A stretch of 63,645 nucleotides of DNA. Origin: Gammaproteobacteria bacterium. GTDB taxonomy: Bacteria; Pseudomonadota; Gammaproteobacteria; Pseudomonadales; Azotimanducaceae. Below the pieces are notes generated by a model, which searched no databases, was not told the DNA's origin, and was given only the letters and a program-made list of their open reading frames with translations. The position numbers and the translations under genes are program-made. How positions within the stretch are numbered: position 1 is the first letter of the stretch; each line of letters starts with the position of its first letter. Of the stretch, positions 29,455 to 39,101 are shown piece after piece. Location of the stretch: the NCBI GenBank assembly GCA_009843635.1, contig VYDB01000078.1, forward strand, positions 1 to 63,645, read 5' to 3'.

Positions 29455-31054
29455 GAACCCACGAAAGCGCAGTTTCTGGACTTGGGGCTTCACCGCCGAT
29501 GAGCCGAGCCTGGCCGACCGGCAGCAGGCGGCGAAGCGCATCGCTCGGCGGACGGGCGTCCAAGTGACGCCGCCGCCAGTGCCGGATCTAGCCGACATCG
29601 ACATTCGAGCGCCGCGCCTCAACGTGCCCTCGGCCCTGCAGGGCTGGGTGAGCACGGATGCGGAAGAACGGCTGCTGCACACCTACGGCGGCCATTCGCT
29701 GGAGCTGCTGGCGGCGCTGCGGGGCCGCTTCGAGAATCCCCCTGACGCAGTGGCCCATCCAGCTACCGATGAGGAACTCGAGCGAACCCTGGCTTGGGCG
29801 CATGACCAAGGCCATGCGGTGGTGCCCTACGGAGGCGGCACCTCCGTGGTGTGGGGCGTCAACGCGCCAGCAGAGGCGGACAGCGTCGTCACCATTGATC
29901 TCGACCGCCTTAACCGGGTGCTGGAGCTCGATCCGGTGTCCCGCGCCGCCCGGGTGCAGGCCGGCATGCTCGGCCCGGACCTTGAGGATGCCTTGCGCCC
30001 GGAAGGCCTGACCCTGCGCCACTTTCCCCAGAGCTTCCCCTGGTCCACGGTTGGCGGCTGGGTGGCGACCCGCTCCGGGGGCCATTACGCCACCAACCAC
30101 ACCCACATCGATGACTTCGTGGAAAGCGTCCGCCTGCTCACGCCCCGGGGCTGGTGGGAATCCCGCCGCCTGCCGGGCAGCGGTGCCGGTCCGAGCCCGG
30201 ATCGGATGGTGATCGGCTCCGAAGGCGTCCTCGGCATCATCAGCGAATGCTGGCTGCGCTTGCAAAAGCGTCCGACGTTCCGGGCCACGGCGGGCATTGC
30301 CTTCGCCAGTTGGGCCCAGGGCGCCGAAGCGGTGCGGCAAGTCGTCCAAGCCAAGCTCTGGCCTGCCAACCTGCGCCTGCTCGATCCGGTGGAGGCGCGC
30401 CAAAGCGCTGGGGTCGAAGATGGCTCAGCACTGCTGATCGTCGGCTTCGAATCCGCCGACGCCCCCCAGGACGCCAACATCCGCGCCGCCGTGGCCATCG
30501 CCCGAGGCGCGGGTGGCCGCATCGATGATGAAGCCATTCGCATCGACGACGGTAAAGGCCGCGCCACGGGCCGGGGCGGCGCGGTGGGCGCTTGGCGCAA
30601 CGCCTTCATCGGCGTCAACGCCGGCTTGACCAATGGCTTGGGCCTGCTCTCGGACACCTTTGAGACCGCCATCACCTGGGACAAATTCGCGGAATTTGAC
30701 GGCGCGGTGCGCGAGGCAATGGGCGATGCCTTGAGCCGTACGCTCGGCGCAGGCGCGAGCCTCTCCTGCCGCTTCACCCACGTTTATCCGGACGGCCCGG
30801 CGCCCTACTACAGCTTCTCCGGCCCCGCCGCGCTCGGCGGCGAGTTCGAGCAGTGGTCCGAGCTCAAGGCCGCCGCCAGCGAAGCGGTGATTGCCGCGGG
30901 GGGCACCATCACCCATCACCATGCGGTGGGCCGGATGCACCGCCCCGGCTACGACCGTCAGCGGCCGGACTTGTTCAAGGAGGCCTACCTCGCCGCCAAG
31001 CGCGCCGTCGATCCCAAGGGTTTGATGAACCCCGGCGTCCTGTTCGACCCCTAG
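29447..31054 (+). CDS. FAD-linked oxidase (PCMH-type FAD-binding domain, D-lactate dehydrogenase / alkyl-DHAP synthase-like)
   Basis: FAD-binding region HAVVPYGGGTSVVWG. 535 aa. The start overlaps the TauD-family stop, so co-transcription is likely. Confidence 0.8.
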   Translation: MAENPRKRSFWTWGFTADEPSLADRQQAAKRIARRTGVQVTPPPVPDLADIDIRAPRLNVPSALQGWVSTDAEERLLHTYGGHSLELLAALRGRFENPPDAVAHPATDEELERTLAWAHDQGHAVVPYGGGTSVVWGVNAPAEADSVVTIDLDRLNRVLELDPVSRAARVQAGMLGPDLEDALRPEGLTLRHFPQSFPWSTVGGWVATRSGGHYATNHTHIDDFVESVRLLTPRGWWESRRLPGSGAGPSPDRMVIGSEGVLGIISECWLRLQKRPTFRATAGIAFASWAQGAEAVRQVVQAKLWPANLRLLDPVEARQSAGVEDGSALLIVGFESADAPQDANIRAAVAIARGAGGRIDDEAIRIDDGKGRATGRGGAVGAWRNAFIGVNAGLTNGLGLLSDTFETAITWDKFAEFDGAVREAMGDALSRTLGAGASLSCRFTHVYPDGPAPYYSFSGPAALGGEFEQWSELKAAASEAVIAAGGTITHHHAVGRMHRPGYDRQRPDLFKEAYLAAKRAVDPKGLMNPGVLFDP

Positions 31055-31069
31055 ACTCCAAGCGCACTC

Positions 31070-33406
31070 ATGAGCCATAGCGGGTTCATCTTGCAAGCGG
31101 CCAGCCAGACGCGGGCGGGAGCCTGCGAAGTGCAGCTTTGCGGACGCTTGGAGAACGGCGACGGCTTCCGGGTGCGGGAACGGCGCGAATCCGCCCGTTT
31201 CTACATCCGCAACCAGGATGCCGCCGCGCTTGAAGCCTCGGATTGGCGGGACGCCACCCTATCGCCATCGCCGAAAACCACGTTCGGCGGCGAACCCGTC
31301 ACCGAGGTGCGGGCCACGGTGCCCGCCGTCCGGCAATTCACCGAACGGCTGGGCAACCGTCATGTCCCGACCTTCGAGGCGGATCTCGACCCGGCGCAGC
31401 GCTACCTGATCGACCGGGACATCAAGGGCGGCTGCCGGATCCATGGCGAGGCCCAGCCGGACAGCGCGGCGACGGAGCGCGGTTGGCTGTTCACTGACCC
31501 GGAAATCGAGCCGGCCGATGCGGACTTCGCGCCCCGGACGCTCGCCTTCGATATCGAAACGGACCCCAAGGCGAATCGCCTGCTGGCCATTTCCCTGTAC
31601 GGCTGCGGTGCCGACGAAGTCTATGTGGTTGCCCCGCAGAGCCGCCCCATGCCGCCAAAAGCCATCGGCTGCCCCACCGAGGCGGCGGCTTTGGAGGCCT
31701 TCTGCCAGCGGGTGCGGGCACTCGATGCCGATGTGCTCACCGGCTGGAACATCATCGATTTCGACCTCAGCGTGCTCTCAAGGGTGGCGGCCCGGACCAA
31801 GGCCGCCTTCCAACTCGGACGCTGGCCCGGCGCGCCGCGCATTCGTCCGGCCAAGGGCTACTTCGGCAGCAGCCGGGCGGATGTTCCGGGCCGCCTGGTG
31901 CTCGACGGCATCGCCCTGCTGCGCGGCGCCTTCGTGCGCATGGACGACTACTCCCTCGACGCCGTGGCGCGAACCGTGCTCGGCGAAGGCAAGGCACTCG
32001 ACGGCGACGCCAAGGACCGGGTCGGGGAGATCCTGAGCAACTACGCCAACGACCTTGAGGCCTTCGCCCTCTATGCCCGCACCGACGCCCGCTTGGCGCT
32101 GGAAATCGTCGAAGCCCTCGACCTCGTGAACCTGGCCGTGGCCCGCAGCCGCCTGACCGGCATGACGCCGGATCGGGTGTCGGCCAGCATCGCCTCGTTC
32201 GACTTTCTCTACTTGGCGGAACTGAACCGGCGCGGCCGGGTGGCGCCCACGCTGATCCGGGACGAACGCCAAGCCCACCGTCCTCAATCGGGCGGCCAGG
32301 TCTTGAGCCCGATCACCGGATTGCACGAAAACGTTTGGGTGTTCGACTTCAAGAGCCTCTATCCGAGCCTCATCCGCACCTACAACATCGACCCACTCGG
32401 CTTCATCGAGGGGGACGACGACGGGCCGCCAAACGCACTGGTGCTTGCCAACGGCGCCCGCTTCCGCCGCGAGAGCGCCATCCTGCCCGGACTGCTCGAC
32501 CGGTTGGCGCCGCAGCGGGACAAAGCCAAGCGCGACGGCGATGCGGTGGCCTCCCAAGCGATCAAAATCCTGATGAACTCGTTCTACGGGGTGCTCGGCG
32601 CGTCCGGCTGCCGCTTCTACAACCCGGACATCGCCAACGCCATCACTGGGCAGGGACGGCACCTGCTGCTGTGGTCCAAGGACTGGTTCGAGGCGCGGGG
32701 ATTCAAGGTGCTCTACGGCGACACGGACAGCCTGTTCGTCGGCTCCGGGCACCAGATCAGCGAGCGGGCATTGGATGAAGGACCGGCGCTAGCCGCCAGC
32801 CTGACCCAGGAATTGGCGGATTTCATCAACGCCGAGTCCGGCGTGCGCAGCCGCCTGGAGCTGGAGTTCGAAAAGCTCTACGCAAAGCTCTTTCTGCCGC
32901 CCGTGCGCTCCGGGGCCGGCGGCGCCCGCAAACGCTACGCCGGGCTCGTTTGTGGCCAAGACGCACCGGAGTTCATCGGCATGGAAGTGGTGCGCCGGGA
33001 CTGGACCGAATTCGCCAAGCGGGCCCAACGGGAACTCTACGCGCGCTTCTTTCGCGGCAAGCCCGTGGACGGCTACCTGCGCGAGCTGGCCGCAGCGCTG
33101 CGCAGCGGTGCCCTAGACGATCAACTGGTGTACCGCAAGGGCTTGCGCAAGGCGGTGGGCGACTATCGAGCCGGCAAGCCGCCGCACGTGGCCGCGGCGG
33201 AGAAGTCCAAAGCACCGCCGGGCCGGGTGATCGCCTACCTCATCACCCTGGCCGGCCCGGAGCCCTTGGACAACCAGACCGCCCCGCCGGACCGGGAGCA
33301 CTACGTGCACAAGCAACTGCGCCCCGTGGCCGCGCCCATCCTCGCCACCTTGGGGCTTAAGTTCGAGCAAGTAATCGGCGATGATCGGCAACTGCACTTG
33401 TTGTAG
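31070..33406 (+). CDS. polB: DNA polymerase II (family B)
   Basis: Exonuclease motifs and polymerase motifs LYPSLIRTYNIDPL (motif A region), KILMNSFYGVLG, YGDTDSLFV (motif C). 778 aa. Confidence 0.9.
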   Translation: MSHSGFILQAASQTRAGACEVQLCGRLENGDGFRVRERRESARFYIRNQDAAALEASDWRDATLSPSPKTTFGGEPVTEVRATVPAVRQFTERLGNRHVPTFEADLDPAQRYLIDRDIKGGCRIHGEAQPDSAATERGWLFTDPEIEPADADFAPRTLAFDIETDPKANRLLAISLYGCGADEVYVVAPQSRPMPPKAIGCPTEAAALEAFCQRVRALDADVLTGWNIIDFDLSVLSRVAARTKAAFQLGRWPGAPRIRPAKGYFGSSRADVPGRLVLDGIALLRGAFVRMDDYSLDAVARTVLGEGKALDGDAKDRVGEILSNYANDLEAFALYARTDARLALEIVEALDLVNLAVARSRLTGMTPDRVSASIASFDFLYLAELNRRGRVAPTLIRDERQAHRPQSGGQVLSPITGLHENVWVFDFKSLYPSLIRTYNIDPLGFIEGDDDGPPNALVLANGARFRRESAILPGLLDRLAPQRDKAKRDGDAVASQAIKILMNSFYGVLGASGCRFYNPDIANAITGQGRHLLLWSKDWFEARGFKVLYGDTDSLFVGSGHQISERALDEGPALAASLTQELADFINAESGVRSRLELEFEKLYAKLFLPPVRSGAGGARKRYAGLVCGQDAPEFIGMEVVRRDWTEFAKRAQRELYARFFRGKPVDGYLRELAAALRSGALDDQLVYRKGLRKAVGDYRAGKPPHVAAAEKSKAPPGRVIAYLITLAGPEPLDNQTAPPDREHYVHKQLRPVAAPILATLGLKFEQVIGDDRQLHLL

Positions 33407-33430
33407 TGCGAATCTATCGGGAGGGAAAAG

Positions 33431-34663
33431 ATGGACAAGGAATTCGATGTGCTGCTGTGGGGGGCCACCGGCTTCACCGGGCGGCTGACGGCCCAACACC
33501 TAGCCGACCGCTACGGCGTTGACGGCGAGAGTCTGCGTTGGACGATCGGCGGCCGCAGCCTTGAGAAGCTGGAAGCGCTGCGCGCAACGCTGAGCGCCAG
33601 CGACGGGCAACTGACGCCCGTGGTCGCGGACGCCAATGATCTTGCCGCCATGCGCGACGCCGCCAGCCGAGCACGGGTGGTCTGCAGCGCCGTCGGCCCC
33701 TACGCCCGCTACGGCAGCAACCTGGTGCAGGCGTGCGCCGAAAACGGCACCGACTACTGCGACCTGACCGGCGAAGTGCAGTGGATGCGCGCCATGATGG
33801 ATGCCCACGGCGAAGCCGCCGAAGCCAGCGGCGCGCGCATCGTCCACACCTGCGGATTCGACTGCATCCCCTCGGACCTCGGCGTGCTCTACGTGCAGCG
33901 GGCGATGCATGAGCGGCACGGCACCTACGCCAAGCAGGTCAAGCTGCGGGTGCTGGACTTCAAGGGCGGCTTCAGCGGCGGCACCATCGCCAGCATGATC
34001 GAGCTGGTCGAGCAGGCCAGCCAGGATTCCGCCATTCGAGCACTGCTCGCCGACCCGTACTCGCTGAACCCGCCCGACGCAGACCGGGGCCTAGATGGAC
34101 CGGACCGCCTCACCGCGTTCTACGACGAGGACTTCGCCGCCTGGGCCGCGCCCTTCATCATGGGGCCGGTCAACACCCGCGTGGTGCGCCGCAGCCACGC
34201 CCTGATGGGCCATCCCTACGGCCCCGAATTCCGCTACGACGAAGCCATCGCCTTCCCCAAGCTGCCCGCGCCCGCCGCCTGGGCCGCCGCCAACGCGGCC
34301 GCCGCGGCATCCGCCGGCGCCATGGGCGCCATGACCCTGCGCCCGGTGCGCGAACTCGCTGCCCGCTACCTGCCCCAACCCGGCAGCGGCCCCAGCGCGC
34401 AGCAGATGGCCGACGGCCATTTCAAGGTGGCGCTGCTCGCCCGCCATCCCGAAGACAAGGCCAAGAACGTGCTCGCCTACGTGCAAGGCGACCGCGACCC
34501 CGGCTACGGCGCCACCGCCAAGATGCTGGCCGAGAGCGCCGCCTGCCTCGCCCAAGACGGCAGCAACGCCCCCGGCGGCTTCAGCACCCCAGCCACCGCC
34601 ATGGGCGCCAGCCTGATCGAGCGCCTCGCCAACCACGCGGGGGTGCGGTTTTCGTTTGGGTAG
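33431..34663 (+). CDS. Saccharopine dehydrogenase NADP-binding domain protein (trans-acting enoyl reductase-like)
   Basis: FDVLLWGATGFTGRLTAQHLADRY Rossmann start typical of the Sacchrp_dh_NADP family. Confidence 0.75.
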   Translation: MDKEFDVLLWGATGFTGRLTAQHLADRYGVDGESLRWTIGGRSLEKLEALRATLSASDGQLTPVVADANDLAAMRDAASRARVVCSAVGPYARYGSNLVQACAENGTDYCDLTGEVQWMRAMMDAHGEAAEASGARIVHTCGFDCIPSDLGVLYVQRAMHERHGTYAKQVKLRVLDFKGGFSGGTIASMIELVEQASQDSAIRALLADPYSLNPPDADRGLDGPDRLTAFYDEDFAAWAAPFIMGPVNTRVVRRSHALMGHPYGPEFRYDEAIAFPKLPAPAAWAAANAAAAASAGAMGAMTLRPVRELAARYLPQPGSGPSAQQMADGHFKVALLARHPEDKAKNVLAYVQGDRDPGYGATAKMLAESAACLAQDGSNAPGGFSTPATAMGASLIERLANHAGVRFSFG

Positions 34664-34728
34664 TGTCCGTGTTGGTCAATGTCCCTGAGGCGAGAGTGCG
34701 CCCTGAATAACGAGCGCTTTCCGACGAC

Positions 34729-35844
34729 TTATAGATTCGCCTCAAGTGCTTCCAAAAAGCCTGCCGGATAGCGAAGGCGACCTTCGCGAGCGCGGCGCAC
34801 AAATCCACTCAAGGCGCGGGAAGAAAGATCGGGCCATCGCTTCGTCGCGAATGCTGAAAGCCGTCCTCGGCGTCGATGGACGGGGTGCTCGGACACGTTT
34901 GCCGACATCCTCGCGCCATCCATGCACCAAGCCGCAGTTGGCCATCGATCGTCGTTGGTCAGGGGTTCGTCTTCATTTGAGTCGTATTGCCCCGGTTCCT
35001 CCAGCCTGCGCCCGATCCACTCCGCGACCGGCACGGACACGGCGTTGCCAACCAAACGCCAGCGGTGTCGTTTGGACTTGCGGTCTCGCAGGGCGGACGT
35101 CCACCGTGCTGGAAAGCCCTGTAGCTGCTCAACGGTCTCGATTGTAGGCGTGGCGACCCGTCCGTCGGGGAGCAAGACTGCCGGCGGCGACGGAATCCCC
35201 AAGCCAGAACCTGCTTTGAGGGGAGGAACTGCGTCGGCGGTGATGCCGTGCCCGGATCGGCCCTCAGTCCAATAAAAGGCAATTGGATGGATTAGGTCCG
35301 CTCCCGGCCAACTCCGATTTGGTGCATCATCGGAAAGCAGAACATCGCGCGGGTCGTCGCTTTGGCTGGCGACGATAAAGACCCGTCGGCGTCTTTGCGC
35401 CAATCCGAATGCCCGGCTGTCAACCACCCGATAGGCCCAACGGTAGTCGAGCGCCTCAAGCTGCTCTAATATTCGCCGCATCGCGGCACCGCCGCCCAAA
35501 TGGAGCATGAAGTACACATTCTCGATGACGACCCACGGAACACGCCGCGCTTTGAGCAAGCGGAACAGGCTGTAAATGACTTGGCTTTTGTCACCTCGCA
35601 GCCCAGATTTGTCGCCCGCCATGGAGAGATTCTGGCAAGGGAAACCAGCGGTGACGACTTCGGTTCCTTCCGGCAGCGCCTTGAGTTGGGTGACGTCTGT
35701 ATCCACAAGCACATTGGGGAATCGATGACGAATCACCGCCAATGCTCGGCTGTCCTTCTCGCTCATCAGCAGTGTTTGGTGGCCTGACCGCTCCAGCCCC
35801 AACTCAAAGCCGCCGATGCCCGCGTACAGCCCGGAAACCAACAT
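34729..35844 (-). CDS. DNA (cytosine-5)-methyltransferase
   Basis: Motif I LYAGIGGFELG, motif IV GFPCQNLSMAG, motif VI ENV (VVIENVYFM). The ORF is 34729..35859. Confidence 0.85.
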   Translation of the reverse strand: MLVSGLYAGIGGFELGLERSGHQTLLMSEKDSRALAVIRHRFPNVLVDTDVTQLKALPEGTEVVTAGFPCQNLSMAGDKSGLRGDKSQVIYSLFRLLKARRVPWVVIENVYFMLHLGGGAAMRRILEQLEALDYRWAYRVVDSRAFGLAQRRRRVFIVASQSDDPRDVLLSDDAPNRSWPGADLIHPIAFYWTEGRSGHGITADAVPPLKAGSGLGIPSPPAVLLPDGRVATPTIETVEQLQGFPARWTSALRDRKSKRHRWRLVGNAVSVPVAEWIGRRLEEPGQYDSNEDEPLTNDDRWPTAAWCMDGARMSANVSEHPVHRRRGRLSAFATKRWPDLSSRALSGFVRRAREGRLRYPAGFLEALEANL

Positions 35845-37192
35845 GAACAGCGCCTCCAAAGCCGCCGAAGAACTTCATCATCTCTGCGGAGTGTACACAA
35901 AGCCCGCTACGGTGGACCGAATCCTCAACCTCGTTGGCTGGACCGCAGCCCAAGATCTCTCCGATGCCCGTCTGCTCGAACCAGCGGCGGGCGACGGCGC
36001 ATTCCTTGACGCGGCAGCGGAAAGACTGGTGAATTCACTGGCCAATCACGGCCATGAACCCAGAATCAAGAACCTCCGCGACCGCATACTGGCATTCGAG
36101 CTGGTACCCGAGGAAGCAGCGAAGGCAAGGCGGCGCGTGGCCACCCGCCTCATCGCTCTTGGCATTCATCAAGCGACGGCGCGAGCCTGCGCCAACGCTT
36201 GGGTGAAGACTGGGGACTTCCTCCTAGCCGACCGAATGCACAAGGGATTCAGCCACGTGGTTGGCAATCCACCCTACATCAGGTGGTCCAAGATTCCGTC
36301 CCCATTGAGGTCCGCCTACACCCGTCGCTTGCCGAAAACGGTGTCACGCGGCGACCTGTGTCTGCCTTTTCTGGACCGCTCATTCGAACTCTTGGCTCCC
36401 CAAGGAAAATGCGGGTTCATTTGCTCCGATCGCTGGCGATACGCAGGATACGGCGAGGCTTTCCGCCGGAAGTGGCTCCCGCTGATGGACATTGAGACGG
36501 AAGGCGCCGGGCGGCCAAAAGACGTTTTTCACAGGGACGTCTATGTGTACCCCGACATTTTACTGGCATCACGCCGCCGCCAACCCACATCAAACGGGAG
36601 AAGGCGGAGGAAGCGGGGCCAGAGGCTTACCGAGCTTGGCTGCACCATTCGCGTTGGACCAGCCCTTGGCGTGGCCGAGGCATTCCTGCTGAACCCCGAA
36701 GACAGTGAAGTCGAAGCGGAATTGCTGCACCCTTGGATCGACACCTGCGACATAAGCGCCGCGCGCATTCAGCCCAGCAGCCGCAGAGTCATCGCGCCAT
36801 ACCATGCTGATGGGACACTGATTAATCTTGAAGAATTTCCAGCACTTGCTGCTCGACTCGGCCTCTTTAAACAGCGCCTTGAGAATCGCTACATTGTCCG
36901 CCAAGGTGCTCCTTGGTACCGCACCATCGACCGGATACGAGCCTCCGATTGGTCCCCGCCCAAGCTACTTATTCCGGAACTTGCCAAAGTCCCCTTGGTC
37001 TCCCTCGATCGCAGCGGAGCCATACCTTCCCACGGCATTTACTGCATTTTCTCGCCTGAGCGGGACATTAACGAAATCTATGACCGCCTGAGCAACGGAA
37101 AACTCGCCCGAGCCCTCAGCCCAATTTCGCCGAAAGTAAAAGGAAGCTATACGCGCTGCTATGGGCGCTTTCTTAGTGCTATGGCAATCTAG
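35816..37192 (+). CDS. N6-adenine DNA methyltransferase, gamma class (Eco57I/TaqI-like orphan or Type II M)
   Basis: Motif X GVYTKP, motif I LEPAAGDGAFL, motif IV VVGNPPYIRW. It is divergent from the m5C MTase with overlapping 5' ends. Its 3' end overlaps the stop of a convergent gene. Confidence 0.8.
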   Translation: MPAYSPETNMNSASKAAEELHHLCGVYTKPATVDRILNLVGWTAAQDLSDARLLEPAAGDGAFLDAAAERLVNSLANHGHEPRIKNLRDRILAFELVPEEAAKARRRVATRLIALGIHQATARACANAWVKTGDFLLADRMHKGFSHVVGNPPYIRWSKIPSPLRSAYTRRLPKTVSRGDLCLPFLDRSFELLAPQGKCGFICSDRWRYAGYGEAFRRKWLPLMDIETEGAGRPKDVFHRDVYVYPDILLASRRRQPTSNGRRRRKRGQRLTELGCTIRVGPALGVAEAFLLNPEDSEVEAELLHPWIDTCDISAARIQPSSRRVIAPYHADGTLINLEEFPALAARLGLFKQRLENRYIVRQGAPWYRTIDRIRASDWSPPKLLIPELAKVPLVSLDRSGAIPSHGIYCIFSPERDINEIYDRLSNGKLARALSPISPKVKGSYTRCYGRFLSAMAI

Positions 37193-37821
37193 CTATCAAG
37201 GCTAGGGTTAAACAACCTTTGAATGATATTGCCGTATTCCCGCCTAAGCTTCACTCTGCCTGGAAAGACACGCTGCAGCAATTCATCCACTTTTCCATCA
37301 CTCAGACCATGCATTGCTATCACCATAGCAAGAAACCTACTAACCAAGGAGTTGCCCGGGATCGGAAATGCCGGATAACTTTCCGGTAACCAATCAGGCA
37401 CGTTAGGCAATGTAACTCCACGACGCCCAATTGTCTTGCAAAGCTGTATGTGATCGTATCCGTGAGCCCAGCCGGTTGCAGTATCCGCAGGTTCGATGCG
37501 AAACGCCAACTGACCTTCTCCTGCCAAGATTACCAATCGAAATGAAGTGCGCCCATTGGAACTAGGCACCGGCGAAAAGAAGGCACAGCCTACACCTCTC
37601 GCTTGGCACGGCATCGGGATCAACACCAAGTCCGAACTTTGGACTCCTGAAGAATCGTTGAGGACCCTACTTGCGATAGCATCACTTTCTGCAATTCTCA
37701 CACTTTGCCCAAGTCCCTTTTTTGCAAGACGCCGCAGGCCTAAGGGAAGTTCCTTCCACCTTCTAACCCCCCATAGTGCATACTGCCGTACAAACTCCTG
37801 ATCATCAGCCCAAGTGGTCAT
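37189..37821 (-). CDS. Hypothetical protein (210 aa), last gene of the GHKL-kinase operon
   Basis: ORF overlapping the upstream gene by 4 nt (37818..37821). Low-GC codon usage shared with the two upstream genes. No recognisable motifs. Confidence 0.5.
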   Translation of the reverse strand: MTTWADDQEFVRQYALWGVRRWKELPLGLRRLAKKGLGQSVRIAESDAIASRVLNDSSGVQSSDLVLIPMPCQARGVGCAFFSPVPSSNGRTSFRLVILAGEGQLAFRIEPADTATGWAHGYDHIQLCKTIGRRGVTLPNVPDWLPESYPAFPIPGNSLVSRFLAMVIAMHGLSDGKVDELLQRVFPGRVKLRREYGNIIQRLFNPSLDS

Positions 37822-39101
37822 CCGACGATGCGACTCTGCGGCGAAAAGCTGACATCCGTCGCTCTCATGGAGATATATCTACGTGGCCAGGAACCTTCAA
37901 TATCGGCCTCAAACTCCTTTGGTCTTGAATCACAGGTATCGGATTTGACTGTCAGGAACATTGAAACATCCTCGCAGAAAACTGCATCTGGCCAATCATC
38001 CTCTGACTCAAAGAAAAGCCTACGGAGTTGGTCATTTGCATCCAGCTTGGGCCACCAGAAGCATGGTGATGGCGTCCAACAGCTAGAATGGAATTCGGCT
38101 TCCTTGACATATCTCTCATACAACACTTTATCTAGTCCGTAGGGCGGCTGCCTTTCCTTAATGGCGTCATTCCACGCTGACAGTTCGCTAGCTGTCCCGC
38201 CAAGAAGGTGCGGCATTCTAGACAAGAGGTGAGGAAGATCAATCAGGACGTCTTGTGGTGCCAGGACCTCCCTACGTAGCCATCGGTCGAGTTCTGCTGA
38301 AGCAACGCGCGAAATTGCTCTCACCGCCAACGGTACGTCGTCGTTAGCAAGACTCAAGAGATCGTCCCTCATCTTAGGCGGAAGTGAACGGTTGATTTTG
38401 AAGAAGTCTCGAAACGTAACGGATCGCACCCCCTCATCATTAGCCGTTGGGCCTAAGGCTCCCTTTGCACGCCTTGACAGGTACTCTGTCGCGCTGTCTG
38501 GAAAATCCAAAGCCTCCCAGATCGAAGCATCGAGATTGTCGCGAACAAACGCGATCTGATCCCGCCTCTTTCCCGCAGCTTCGGGTAAACATGGCCAGTA
38601 CCAAGGGGCGAAGTCGGCATCGTAGGACTCTCGCCAAAGCCGGTGGTTAGAAAGGTGCTTCGTATTCAGTGCCAAGTCCGCTACGGATTCGTGGTCGCCG
38701 AACAAGTGACGTAGGTCGAAATCAACGTTTGGATTCTTGTTGAGAGAAACGATGTAGTCGATGTCCGTGAAGGCTCGAATGCGCCCAATGACCGATTCGG
38801 CTGTCAGCCGAACACCACCAAAGTCCAGTTCAGCGAGGTTGTTGTCAACAATAGCGAGTTCACAACCCGTCAGCTTCTTGCACATCACCTGTTGTTCAGA
38901 GTCGACTTTATCGAGCTGGAAAATTTTGTCCGTCGATCTAAACAGTTCCTCCAACGCTTGCTTGAGCCACTTACCGTGGAGCATATTCACTTCGCAATCT
39001 GACTCCTTGAGGTGGCGTTCAGCTCCTTCGCACCCCTCTTTACGATCGTCGCAAATCAATATCCTAGTTATCATGTCGTCATTCCTTCCAGGAAATCTCA
39101 A
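37818..39101 (-). CDS. Protein with a putative receiver (REC)-like N-terminal domain and a 300-aa C-terminal domain of unknown function (candidate effector)
   Basis: N-terminus MITRILICDDRKEG... (REC beta1 DD pair), later ...CELAIVDNNL (candidate phospho-acceptor Asp), ...YIVSLNKNP (Ser/Lys of beta4/beta5). Its start overlaps the upstream GHKL-kinase gene by 23 nt. Confidence 0.5.
   Translation of the reverse strand: MRFPGRNDDMITRILICDDRKEGCEGAERHLKESDCEVNMLHGKWLKQALEELFRSTDKIFQLDKVDSEQQVMCKKLTGCELAIVDNNLAELDFGGVRLTAESVIGRIRAFTDIDYIVSLNKNPNVDFDLRHLFGDHESVADLALNTKHLSNHRLWRESYDADFAPWYWPCLPEAAGKRRDQIAFVRDNLDASIWEALDFPDSATEYLSRRAKGALGPTANDEGVRSVTFRDFFKINRSLPPKMRDDLLSLANDDVPLAVRAISRVASAELDRWLRREVLAPQDVLIDLPHLLSRMPHLLGGTASELSAWNDAIKERQPPYGLDKVLYERYVKEAEFHSSCWTPSPCFWWPKLDANDQLRRLFFESEDDWPDAVFCEDVSMFLTVKSDTCDSRPKEFEADIEGSWPRRYISMRATDVSFSPQSRIVG

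Noticed and set aside
30425-32752. Long minus-strand ORFs (30425..31096, 30085..30777, 31778..32752) and + alternates (31443..32036)
   Set aside because: They are antisense to, or out of frame with, the FAD-linked oxidase and DNA polymerase II genes, and have low-complexity translations.
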